A DNA stretch of 64,000 nucleotides from an uncultured Planctomycetaceae bacterium (GCA_963813715.1 CAWFAK010000007.1:480001-544000), one strand, 5' to 3'; counted from the stretch's first letter, positions 46,619 through 56,725 are shown. A program made the numbers and translations. The notes: generated by a model from the letters alone, not told the origin.

Positions 46619-47032
46619 GTCCCGCTGTGACAAAAGTTTCATCCCCTGCGGGGCCCTCCGGGGTGGGGATCCTTTTTTCACAGAGGGGATAAAAAGATCC
46701 CCGTGCGCGCGGGACAAGTTGTCCCGCCGGGTCCGCCTAAAAGTGGTCCCGCCGGGACGGGTCTCTCACAATTGATATAAGGGGGGTGGACCCACCGATG
46801 GGAGTCCCACCGGTCAGCGGCGATCCATCCCAGCAATCGGGACGGGATTGATTGGGATGGGACACGAAGCGATGAGGATTGCCGGGCTTGAGCAACGCGT
46901 GTCTCCGCCGCAGCGTCGCGTTCTCCGCCCTCACCCCGGCCCTCTCCGGCAGCCTGGGAGAGGGTGCAAAACGGGACGGGATCGGGACATGGGACTTGGG
47001 GATGGGACGCTGGGACCGGGACGGGATTGATT
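46619..47032. repeat. GGGAY/RTCCC motif-dense region with palindromes
   Basis: About 20 GGGAC/GGGAT or complementary motifs; palindrome GCGGGACAA-G-TTGTCCCGC (46709-46727); 16-bp direct repeat CGGGACGGGATTGATT at 46838 and 47017. Confidence 0.7.
46928..46966. repeat. REP-like element
   Basis: CCCTCACCCCGGCCCTCTCC...GGGAGAGGG, a widespread bacterial intergenic palindromic repeat type. Confidence 0.65.
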
Positions 47033-47085
47033 TGGTCGGAGGTGTCACGGGCCCTGGGCGGCGATCGGCAGCTTGACGCCCCCCG

Positions 47086-47128
47086 GTCGATTTCCAAAGA
47101 TTGACGCTGTCGATTCGCAAAGATTGAC
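47086..47128 (+). promoter_or_regulatory. Tandem 20-bp direct repeat upstream of the RiPP precursor
   Basis: GTCGATTTCCAAAGATTGAC and GTCGATTCGCAAAGATTGAC, 23-bp period. Confidence 0.55.
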
Positions 47129-47165
47129 CGAGTCGGCTTCGACCAAAGGTCCCGAGGGTGTGGGC

Positions 47166-47672
47166 ATGCGTCTGAACGAACGGCGGGAAAGCGCGCTCAG
47201 TCGGCGCGACTTTCACCGGCTTGCGACCGCGGCCTTCGGCGGCCTGCTGGCCGGTTCGCTCGCCGGGTGTGGTGATGGCGATCGGGCGGCGGCCCCCGTT
47301 TCAGGCTCGCCCGCTGCTCCGAAAACCGGGCCGGCACCGACCACGACCGCCCCGGTGGTCAGCGCCACGACGGTGGCGCTCCACGCCTGCCGCGGCCTGA
47401 ACGAGTGCAAAGGACTGGGCAAAGACCACAAAAATGCCTGTGCCGGCCAGGGAAACTGCTTCACCGTCACCCATGACTGCGCCGAGAAGAACGATTGCAA
47501 ATCCCAAGGCGGCTGCGGCGGGACGAATGGGTTCAATGACTGCAAAGGCAAAGGCGGTTGCGGACACTTCCCGATCGAGGACGGAGTCTGGAAGAAAGCC
47601 CGCGCCCAGTTCGAGTCCCGCATGAAGGTGGCAGGCAAGAAAGTCGGTCCGGCCCCGGCGGCCGCCGGCTAA
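47166..47672 (+). CDS. Cys-rich, bufferin BufA2-like RiPP precursor with Tat signal and lipobox
   Basis: SRRDF ... LAGC; four N-x-C-[KA]-[GS]-x-G repeats; directly upstream of the MNIO gene. Confidence 0.8.
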   Translation: MRLNERRESALSRRDFHRLATAAFGGLLAGSLAGCGDGDRAAAPVSGSPAAPKTGPAPTTTAPVVSATTVALHACRGLNECKGLGKDHKNACAGQGNCFTVTHDCAEKNDCKSQGGCGGTNGFNDCKGKGGCGHFPIEDGVWKKARAQFESRMKVAGKKVGPAPAAAG

Positions 47673-47696
47673 CGTTGGCGTCAGAGAGCAGGCGAA

Positions 47697-48663
47697 ATGA
47701 TCCCGTCACGACTTGGTCATCCCAATCTCGGACTCGGGCTGGGCCTGCGAACCGTCCACTATCAACACATCCTCGACCACAATCCGAGCGTGGACTGGTT
47801 CGAGGTCATCTCCGAAAACTACATGGATTCGGGCGGGCGGCCCCGCTACGTGCTCGAGCAGGTCGCCGAACGCTATCCGATCGTGATGCACGGGGTCTCG
47901 CTGTCGATCGGCAGCACCGATCCGGTCAATTTCGAGTATCTCAACAAGCTTCGCGATCTGGCCCGGGTGACCAAGGCCCTCTGGGTCTCGGATCATGTCT
48001 GCTGGACGGGAGTCGCCGGTCGCAACACGCACGACCTTTTGCCGATTCCCTACACCGAGCAGGCGCTGGCGCACGTGATCGACCGAATCCGCGTCGTGCA
48101 GGACGTGCTGGAGCGGCCGCTGGTGCTGGAGAACCCCAGCACGTACGTGACCTTCGCCGACTCGACAATGCCCGAGGCCGAATTTCTGACGCGCATGACC
48201 GAGGCGACCGGCTGCGGCCTCTTGCTCGACGTCAATAACGTTTACGTCTCCTGCTTCAACCACGACCAGGATCCCTTCGAGTTCCTCCGCTCGATCCCGC
48301 ACGAACGGGTCGTGCAATTTCATCTGGCCGGCCATACCAACTGCGTAACGCACTTGATCGACACGCATGACGGCCGGGTCATCAATCCGGTCTGGGACTT
48401 GTATCGGCTCGCTCACCAGCTGACGGGCGGCGTCTCCACCCTGCTCGAATGGGACGCGCGGATTCCCGCCGTTCCCCGTCGTGCACGCGGAAGTACTCAA
48501 AGCCCGCAACTATATGGTGTCGGAGCTCACGGGGTTCGCGGCCGACGCTGCGAGCACAGCGAGCGATGCTCAAAGCGCCGCTGAGTCGGAAGTGTTCGAG
48601 GAACTCGCTGAAGAGCCCGGCATTCCGCAGCCGGCAACCTACGCGACGGCGGAGTTCGAGTGA
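47697..48663 (+). CDS. Multinuclear non-heme iron oxidase (MNIO, DUF692), frameshift near 48470
   Basis: [46 protein letters not shown]. Confidence 0.93.
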
Positions 48664-48714
48664 CCCTTTGACCGCGGACGTTGAGGTCGCGATTTGATTG
48701 GCGGGCGAGTTGGA

Positions 48715-49650
48715 ATGACGGGCAACCGGCAAGAGCTGCGGCAACTCGCCCAGATTCAGCGTTGGCTGCAAGCCGTCATTACGCATCCCGACGGCGTCGA
48801 AGCGGGAATGGCATCGGACGCGGCGCAGTCCGAGATCGATATCTCGGCCGATCGCGTCGAAGAAGTCATCGATCGTTCGAAACGGCGGACCAGCGTCGAG
48901 CGGCTGGAAATCTACGCGAACGCCTACTACGCGCGGCTGCTGGAATGCTTGCGCGATGAATATCCCGCCCTGCTGCATGCGGCGGGCGAGGAAGTCTTTG
49001 ACGGGCTGGCCTTTGGCTATCTGCAGGCGTATCCGTCGCAGAGCTACACGCTGGGCGAATTGAGCCGGCGATTCGCCCAATACTTAGAGGAGACGCGGCC
49101 GACCGACGAAGACGAGGCGGGCGCGGGCCCGTCGTGGCCCGAGTTTCTGATCGACCTGGTCCGTCTCGAACGCTGCTATAGCGACGTCTTTGACGGACCG
49201 GGCGCCGAACGCATGTCGCTGCTCGACGCGGCCGCACTCAAGGACCTTTCACCCGAAGCCTGGATGCAGGCGCGCCTCGTCACCGTCCCCTGCCTGCGGC
49301 TGTTGTCGTTGCGATTCCCGGTCCACGAGTACGCGACGGCCGTCCGCGAGAAAACAGATCCCGATCTGCCGGAACCGACGCCGACCTGGCTGGCGGTGAG
49401 CCGGATCAATTACGTGGTCCGCCGCTGGACGCTCAGCCCGGTGCAGTTCGAATTGCTGGCGGCACTGATCGAAGGACAAAGCGTCGGCGCGGCCATCGAG
49501 CGAGCCGCCATACTCGCGGTCGAATCGGGCGAAAGCGTCGAAGGACTCGCTGCCAGTCTGCGCGACTGGTTCGCCGAGTGGTCGTCGGCCGGATTCTTTC
49601 AGGCGGTCGAGCTGCCCGGCTCACGCGAAGGTGAATCCTCGATTAAGTAG
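48715..49650 (+). CDS. DUF2063 family MNIO partner protein (BufC/HvfC-like)
   Basis: RLEIYANAYYARL..L...YP, YLQAYPS, DLVRLE; follows DUF692. Confidence 0.85.
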   Translation: MTGNRQELRQLAQIQRWLQAVITHPDGVEAGMASDAAQSEIDISADRVEEVIDRSKRRTSVERLEIYANAYYARLLECLRDEYPALLHAAGEEVFDGLAFGYLQAYPSQSYTLGELSRRFAQYLEETRPTDEDEAGAGPSWPEFLIDLVRLERCYSDVFDGPGAERMSLLDAAALKDLSPEAWMQARLVTVPCLRLLSLRFPVHEYATAVREKTDPDLPEPTPTWLAVSRINYVVRRWTLSPVQFELLAALIEGQSVGAAIERAAILAVESGESVEGLAASLRDWFAEWSSAGFFQAVELPGSREGESSIK

Positions 49651-49741
49651 CGTCTCCGCTCGTTGCTCGCCCGACCTCCGGCCGACATACTGCGACGAGC
49701 CCATCTCTTCGCACAACAATTCGCCCGCTGGAGTGCCGCCA

Positions 49742-50795
49742 ATGTCCAACAAATTGTCGCTGTTCAACAAGTCGTTGTCTCTCACGTGTCTGGGGATTTG
49801 TCTCCTCGTTGCCCTGCCGGCCCGCTCGGCCGACGGTCCGGGGCCGTTCGAGGTCGCGGAGACGATCCACATCGGCGGCAAAGGCGGGTTCGACTATGTG
49901 ACGGTCGATTCGCAGGGCAAGCGGCTCTACATCCCGCGGGGCACGCACACCCAGATCCTTGACCTGACCACTGGCAAACTCGTCGGCGACATTCCTGGGC
50001 AGCAGGCCAATCACGGCGTCGCGCTGAACAGGCAGGTCGGTCGCGGCTTCATCTCCGATGGGCCGGGCTATGTCGTGATCTTCGATTTGAAGACAAACGC
50101 TGTGCTGGGCAAGGTGCAGGTCGCTCGCGGAGCCGACGGGATTATCAACGATCGGGGCAGCAAGACGCATCTTCGTCGCGTGCGGGTCGTCGGGCAGCCT
50201 GACGCCGATTCCCATCGATGTCGATCCGACCAACGGCAAAGCCGATCCGGCGATCGAGCTGGGCGGTAAACCCGAATATCTGGCGTGCGACGGCCAGGGA
50301 CGAGTCTTCGTGAACCTCGAGGACAAGGACCAAGTGGCCGTCGTTGACTCGAAGGCCCTCAAAGTCCTCGACAAGTGGTCGATCGCTCCGGGTGGAACGC
50401 CGGTGGGGATGCAGATCGATCCGGAACATCACCGCTTGTTCGTCGGTTGTCGAGAACCGCAAAAGCTGATCATTCTCAACACCGAAGACGGTCACGTGCT
50501 CGGCGATTTGCCGATCGGCGTCGGCTGTGATGCCGTGAAGGCCGATCAGGGCGACATCTTCGCCAGTTGCCGCGATGGCAGCTTGACCGTGGGGCGCGAG
50601 ACTTCGCCCGGCAAGTTCGAGGTTTTGCAGACCGTGAAAACACGACCGGGCGCCAAAACCATGGCCCTCGACCACGCCACCCACAGCATTTACCTGCCGA
50701 CTGCCGAGTTCGGGGAAGAAACCGACCGCCGCGGCCGACGGAAAGCCAAGCCCGACAGCTTTATGATCGTGGTCGTCCGCCCCGTGCAAAAATAG
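49742..50795 (+). CDS. Exported YncE/YVTN-like beta-propeller (frameshift near 50160)
   Basis: Signal peptide; GGFDY, HGVA, GFISDG, VFVNLED, GAKTMALD. Confidence 0.85.
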
Positions 50796-50813
50796 AGGCT
50801 GGGGGAATTGGAA

Positions 50814-51884
50814 CTAGTTCGCAGCCGGCACTTGCTGCGTCAGGCAGTGGAACGCCCCCAGGCCCCAGATTACATCCAGGCAGTCCAGGCCGATGACCTC
50901 GCGATCGGGAAAGAACCGGGCCAGCGTCGATCGCGCAATCTCGTCGTTCGGGTGATTGTAGGTCGGCAGCAGGACGACGGTGTTGGCAATGTAGAAGTTG
51001 GCGTAACTCGCCGGCAGGCGCTGCCCTTCGTAAACGACTGGGGGCGGCATCGGAATCGGGACGATCTCCAGCGACCGCCCGTTCAGGTCGGTCATCGCTT
51101 CGAGGCGTCGCAAGTTTTCCCGGAGGGGAGCAAAGTTGGCGTCCGATGGGTCGTCCTCGATGGCCGTCACGACCGTGCGTGGTCCGACGAAGCGGGTCAG
51201 ATCGTCGACATGCCCGTCAGTGTCGTCCCCCACGATGCCGTCACCCAGCCACAGCACCTTTTCGACGCCCAGCATTTCCAGCAGGCGGATCTCGATGTGA
51301 TCCCGAGAAAGGTCGGGGTTGCGGTTCGGATTGAGCAGGCAGCCTTCGGTCGTGAGCAGCACGCCGCCACCGTTGCTGTCGATCGAGCCCCCCTCGAGGA
51401 TCATCCCCCCCTTGCGGCAGGGAATTCCCAGAGTGTCAGCCATGCGGGACGGAATCAGGTTGTCGAGATCGTGCGGCGGGTACTTGTTGCCCCAGGCGTT
51501 GTAGTCCCAGTCGATCGCCAGTCGCGGAGCTTTGGCCCCGCGACCGTCGCGATGGGTGAGAATGATTGCTCCGTGATCGCGGCACCAGGCGTCGTTGGTC
51601 GGGAAGCGATGAAAGCGAATGTCGCCCGTCGCACGTGCCCCGTCGAGAAACCGCCGAGCCTTCCCCTCCATCGCCTCGTCGTTGACGTTGATGTGAACCG
51701 TTTCCGAGCGGGCGAGCGCCGCCGCCATTTGCGCATAAACCGGGAAGATCGTCTCGATCTTGCCGGGCCACGACGCCTCTTTGTGCGGCCACGACAGCCA
51801 CGTGGCTTCGTGCGGCTCCCACTCGGCTGGCAGGCGGTAGCCGAGCTGTTTGGGCGTCGCGTCGGCAGTCACGGAAGTGCTCAC
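50814..51884 (-). CDS. aguA: Agmatine deiminase
   Basis: PAEWEPH, WCRDHG, LEGGSI, DTDGHVD, ASYANF, GAFHCLTQQ. Confidence 0.93.
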   Translation of the reverse strand: MSTSVTADATPKQLGYRLPAEWEPHEATWLSWPHKEASWPGKIETIFPVYAQMAAALARSETVHINVNDEAMEGKARRFLDGARATGDIRFHRFPTNDAWCRDHGAIILTHRDGRGAKAPRLAIDWDYNAWGNKYPPHDLDNLIPSRMADTLGIPCRKGGMILEGGSIDSNGGGVLLTTEGCLLNPNRNPDLSRDHIEIRLLEMLGVEKVLWLGDGIVGDDTDGHVDDLTRFVGPRTVVTAIEDDPSDANFAPLRENLRRLEAMTDLNGRSLEIVPIPMPPPVVYEGQRLPASYANFYIANTVVLLPTYNHPNDEIARSTLARFFPDREVIGLDCLDVIWGLGAFHCLTQQVPAAN

Positions 51885-51890
51885 GGCAGG

Positions 51891-52782
51891 TCAATCGATA
51901 TAGCGTCGCGTAATCTCGCCGTAGGCGTCGACACGGCGGTCCCGGAGGAAGGGCCAGTGCGTCCGCGCGAAGTCGAGCTGGCCCAGGTCGACGGGCACGA
52001 CGTGCGTCGCCGTCTGATCGACGGGCCCGCGCCACAGCACTTCGCCGCTCGGATCGGCGACAAAGCTCTGTCCCCAGAATTCGATGCCGTCGCCGGCAGC
52101 TCGCCGGATCCTTCTCCAAACCGGTGCGGTTGACGCTGACAACGAAGCAGCCGTTGGCGACCGCGTGCGAGCGCTGGATCAGCTCCCAGCTCTGGTGCTG
52201 ACGCCGGCCGTACTGGGCCTTCTCGGACGGGTGCCAGCCAATGGCGGTCGGATAGAAGAGGATGTCCGCCCCGCGGAGGGCCGTCAGCCGTGCCGCTTCC
52301 GGATACCACTGGTCCCAGCAGATCAACACGCCGAGCTTGGCGAACCGCGTCGGAAAGACCTGGAACCCGAGATCGCCCGGCGTGAAATAGAACTTCTCGT
52401 AGAAGAGCGGATCGTCGGGAATGTGCATCTTGCGATACTTGCCGACGAACGAGCCGTCGGCGTCGATTACGGCGGCCGTGTTGTGATAGAGCCCTTCGGC
52501 CCGCTTCTCGAACAGCCCGGCGACGATCGCCACGCCCAGTTCCCGGGCCACCCGGCCGAGCTGCTCGGTCGTCGGACCGGGGATCGGCTCGGCCAGGGCG
52601 AAAAACGCGTGGTCTTCCCGCTGGCAGAAATAAGTCGACGTGAAGAGCTCGGGGAGGCAGACGACCTGCGCCCCAGCCGCAGCGGCCACCCGAATCTGGG
52701 CGACGGCATGCGCCAGGTTCGCGGCCGGATCGGTCCCGCAGCGAAGTTGAACCAGGCCGATCGAGACGGTTTTGGCGGACAT
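51891..52782 (-). CDS. aguB: N-carbamoylputrescine amidase (frameshift near 52100)
   Basis: LPELF, YRKMHIPDDP..EKFYF, ICWDQWYPEAAR, YPTAIG, WPFLRDRR. Confidence 0.92.
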
Positions 52783-52833
52783 TGTTGCGGGACCGGTTGT
52801 CTTTGGAACCGTCGTGGTCCCTTGCACGAGCGC

Positions 52834-53922
52834 CTAGCGGGCGCCGGCGTCCAGCTCCTCGAAGACGGCTTTCATCAACAGGGGCAACGCCACCGTCGCG
52901 TCGGCATAGACCTCGGCGAAGCGGCCGCCTTCCTGCGGCGGCATGAACTTGCCCCAGCTGACGCCTTCCGAGTAGGTGCAGCCGGAGAGCCCGCCCCAAT
53001 GGACAGGCTCCGGGCAGATTCGCACTCCGTATTTGAACCGCGGCGTCGGCAAGTTCGCGCCGAGCCGGGCGTTGGTGATGTCGTAGTAGGGAGCGACCTG
53101 CTGGGCCCAGTTGCGGGGCACGCCGCCGCCGATCGTGAAGATGCCCAGCGTCGAGCAGTCGCCGATCAGGCGGGCGTATTCCTGCAAGTCGAGAAACGGA
53201 TTGAACGGCGGGATGGCCTGCAGCACGGTGTGATGGTCGGCCTTGGCCGGATCGATGCCCTTCTTCGCCAGCGCCCGGTGCATGGCCCACGTCGAAACGT
53301 CGAGCCCCATTTCGCTGTCAGTGAACGCCGGAATGAAGACGGGGACGTTTTTCTCGTAGGCGCTCCGCAGCACGCCCGGGCCCCTCGGCCAGCGCGCTCA
53401 GCCGTTTGCCGAGCGCCCGGCAGATGCGGGCCGACGACCAGACGCCCCCTTCGGGCTCGGTCTGGTCCATCACCGACGCCACGAGCTGGGCCACTTCGTT
53501 GAGGTTGGCCTCCATCTCGAGCGTGTCGTAGATGCGGTTGTAGCCCTGGTCGAAGAGCTCGGTGTCGCTCTGCGTCGGGTCACACCGATAGTGCGTCAGG
53601 CCGATCGATTCGGTGAGGCCGTGGGCCATGAGGGCCCCGGTGGCGATCACCGCGTGGACGAGGCCGCGCTCGATCAGGTCGCAGAAGATGCGGCCCTGCT
53701 TGGCGACCGTCATCGCGCCGGAGATGGTGACGACCACGCGACACGACGGATCGCGGGCCATCTCCATAAAAATGTCAAAAGCTTCACCGAGTTGGCGGCC
53801 GGAGAATGCCGTTTTGGACATCGGCGCAGGAGATCGCGGAAGGAGGCGATTCCGTCGAGAGAAAGACTCTCCAACGGTTCAAGACCGTCCTCACGCCCGT
53901 CGTGGAGCGAACGATTATCCAT
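52834..53922 (-). CDS. Deoxyhypusine synthase-like protein (SpeY-type homospermidine synthase), frameshifted
   Basis: NRIYD, PAFTDSE, GGGVPRNW, GGLSGCTYSEGVSWGK, DAT. Confidence 0.88.
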
Positions 53923-53951
53923 GGCAGCCGCCAACCCGAGAGCAGTCTGGG

Positions 53952-54351
53952 TTATGTCGAAGTAGCCACTGGTTCTTCTTCCAGTGCGCTCTCCGTTTGC
54001 GGTTCCAGGATAAAACGAGGCATCTGGCGGATGGAAACGTCACCCAGCCCGATTTCCTCGCGGATGTAGGCCAGGACATCTCGCGGATTGGTTCTTCCGC
54101 ACGTAAAGACGTCCAGTGCGACCAGCCCCAGATCGGCATAGGTGTGGCAGGAACAGTGGCTCTCGTCGAGAACCACGACTGCCGTAAAGCCGGGGGGAGA
54201 ATTGTGCCCGAATTGATACCGAACCTGAGAGATCACGTTGGCGCCGGCGCGCAGCGCCTCGGGCCATGGCGGCCAACATTGCTCCGTCATCTAGACAAAC
54301 GTCACGAGAGACGTTACGGCAGTCCACCAGAAGATGTTTGCCCTTTTCCAA
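53952..54351 (-). CDS. Pyruvoyl-dependent decarboxylase, AdoMetDC/SpeD family (frameshift near 54260)
   Basis: GKHLLVD, LDESHCSCHTY (E|SH cleavage site), DVFTCG. Confidence 0.88.
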
Positions 54352-54676
54352 TTCATAAACCCTCCCAAGACGCGTAGGCGACTTCACGCACCTCCCCACC
54401 CAACGCCATTTGGTCAAGACGACGCAGAGCAAAGAGGCCGCAGATCGGCACAGCGCCGATCCTGCCGATGGATAAAGATCGAATAATTTATGACGCAATC
54501 TCCAGATGAATCAAGACATATTTATCGTGTGGGCAAAAAAAAATTGGAGAACGGGAAACTTCGCGGCCTCGAAGATGCTCCGCAAGGCTCTGAGCGGCGC
54601 CGCGGCGCGCGGAAGAAGAGGCTCGTTCGAGGCGCCTCGCAGCGACGCAGAGCACCGGCGCAGCATCCGGGAACGG

Positions 54677-55708
54677 TCACACGCTGAAGCGCACGACGAT
54701 CTCGTCGCCGTCGCGCATCACGTACTCTTTCCCTTCGACGTGCTGCAGCCCCGCCGCCTTCACTTCGCGCTCCGAGCCGAGTCGCAGCAGATCGTCAACT
54801 GCCATGATTTCGGCCCGAATAAAGCCTCTGGCGAGATCCGTGTGAATTGTTCCGGCTGCGTCGAGAGCCGATCCGCCGCGGTGCAGGAGCCAGGCGTGGA
54901 CCTCTTTTTCATCACTCGTATAGAAGGTGATTTGGTCGGTCACTTGGAAGAGTGCCTGCAAAACTTTCGTCGCGCAGGGCTCGCCGAGCCCCATCTCGCG
55001 GGCGAACGTCTCGCGGTCCTCCGGCGGAAGCTGCTGAACTTCCAGCTCCAGACCGACCGGAGCCGACACGCAGCGCTGTCCACCGGCCTCGATCTGCTTC
55101 ACCAGTGCCTCGTCGACCGCTCCGTCGGCCGTGTTGAGCAGCACGAGCCGCCCTTTGCGGGTCAAAAGCGAGAACGATTTGGTGGCTTTGTCCTGCAACT
55201 CGCTGAATTCGAGGCCCGCGACTGACTCGCCCGCCTCCAGTTTGGCCGCGATTGGCTCCAGAGCGGCAATTTCTGCCTGTAATTGTTCCCGATCGGGCCG
55301 CGGCTTGGTCAAATCCTTGCGCAACCGCCCCAACCGGTTCGAGACGACCTGCAAATCGGCCAAAACCAAATCGTCATGAAAGGCCTGGACGTCGGCGAGC
55401 GGGTCGGCGCCGCTAAAGGAGCCGACAATCTGCACGAGGGCGGCCGATTCGCGAATCACTCCGAGGCGAGCCCCGTTCGAATCGTGGTCCTTGCGATCGA
55501 GGCCCGGCGTGTCGAAGAGCTCGATCCGCGCGGGCGACACCTTTTTCGGCTTGTAGAGACCGACCAGCCCGTCGAACCGCGCGTCGTGAACCACGGCGGT
55601 CCCCAGCTGGCCCAGGTGAGCCTTGGCCGGGTCCGGTTTCACCCCCGTCAACAACTCGAAGAGGGCACTTTTCCCAGATCCCTGGTAACCGACCAATCCC
55701 AGTTTCAT
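54677..55708 (-). CDS. ychF: YchF family ATPase (divergent)
   Basis: GYQGSGKS, DTPG, AAGTIHTDLARGFIRAE, EGKEYVMRDGD. Confidence 0.85.
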   Translation of the reverse strand: MKLGLVGYQGSGKSALFELLTGVKPDPAKAHLGQLGTAVVHDARFDGLVGLYKPKKVSPARIELFDTPGLDRKDHDSNGARLGVIRESAALVQIVGSFSGADPLADVQAFHDDLVLADLQVVSNRLGRLRKDLTKPRPDREQLQAEIAALEPIAAKLEAGESVAGLEFSELQDKATKSFSLLTRKGRLVLLNTADGAVDEALVKQIEAGGQRCVSAPVGLELEVQQLPPEDRETFAREMGLGEPCATKVLQALFQVTDQITFYTSDEKEVHAWLLHRGGSALDAAGTIHTDLARGFIRAEIMAVDDLLRLGSEREVKAAGLQHVEGKEYVMRDGDEIVVRFSV

Positions 55709-55782
55709 GACTTCGACCTTATGTCCCGGGCGCCCGTGCGGCTTTTCCCGGTTGGTAGGCGGTTCAGCCCTTCGAGCCGGCG

Positions 55783-56178
55783 TCAGCCGTGCATCGACTC
55801 GGGTCCGACCGCTTCAAATGCGTTGACATAGTGCGTTAGCTGCGGCTCCCGTGCCCCTTCGGGCCAGAGGATGGCCACGACGTCGAAGCGGCAGCGGCGA
55901 TTCCAGAGCTTCTTTTGCTTGAGGTACGACAGGGCGGCGCGGGTCACTCGGGCTTGCTTCTCCACGGTGACCGACTCGGCGGGATGGCCGGCGTCGATCG
56001 ACTGCCGGGTCCGCACCTCGACGAACACGATCGTCTCGCCGTCCATCGCGATCAGGTCGATCTCGCCGACCCGATTGGCGACTCCCCGGCCGATAATCCG
56101 CAGCCCCTTCTTCTTGAGAAAGGCCGCGGCTCGGGCCTCCCCTTTCCTGCCGAGCAGTCCTCGCAGCCAGCTTTTCAT
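55783..56178 (-). CDS. YraN family protein
   Basis: LGRKGE, GEIDLIA, FVEVRTR, RFDVV. Confidence 0.92.
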   Translation of the reverse strand: MKSWLRGLLGRKGEARAAAFLKKKGLRIIGRGVANRVGEIDLIAMDGETIVFVEVRTRQSIDAGHPAESVTVEKQARVTRAALSYLKQKKLWNRRCRFDVVAILWPEGAREPQLTHYVNAFEAVGPESMHG

Positions 56179-56287
56179 GCCAGCTCCTTCGGCAGCAGAC
56201 GAGGGTCGGTGGCGAATCGCGGGTGAAGGTTACGGCTGGGCGACGTCCAACCAGGAGGTCCGCCAGCCGCAGATGGTCCACCGGCGA

Positions 56288-56659
56288 TTATTCGGCGGCC
56301 GACTCGTCCTGCTTTTCGCGTCGCTCGGTGAGGCGGGTCGACTTGCCGACCCGCTTTTGCAAGTAGTAGAGCTTGGCGCGGCGGACGCGACCGTGACGCT
56401 TCACGTCGAGCTTGGCGATTTTTGGCGAGTGGACCGGGAAGCTCCGCTCGACGCCTTCGCCGGCGACGATTCGCCGCACGGTGAACATTTCGGTCATGCC
56501 CCGACCGCGACGGGCCGTGACGACGCCGGTATAGATCTGGATCCGCTCTTTGCCGCCCTCGAGGATCCGGGTGTGGACGTCGACCGTGTCACCAATCTGA
56601 AACTCCAGCGGCGCCTGCCGCAGACTGGAGGCTTCTGCAGCCTGAAGTAGCTTGTGCAT
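56288..56659 (-). CDS. rplS: 50S ribosomal protein L19
   Basis: GKERIQ, FTVRRI..GVER, VRRAKLYYL. Confidence 0.97.
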   Translation of the reverse strand: MHKLLQAAEASSLRQAPLEFQIGDTVDVHTRILEGGKERIQIYTGVVTARRGRGMTEMFTVRRIVAGEGVERSFPVHSPKIAKLDVKRHGRVRRAKLYYLQKRVGKSTRLTERREKQDESAAE

Positions 56660-56725
56660 GACTCAACTTTCCTTGGAAGGCGACCGCGAGAGGAGGTACT
56701 TGAATAAGCGAAAAACGGCCCGGCG

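Noticed and set aside
46050..46720. Protein-coding genes in the usp-to-precursor gap
   Set aside because: The short ORFs have no recognisable motifs or convincing RBS.
54478..54530. ArgR box upstream of the polyamine operon
   Set aside because: The region is AT-rich but matches TGAAT-N4-ATTCA poorly.
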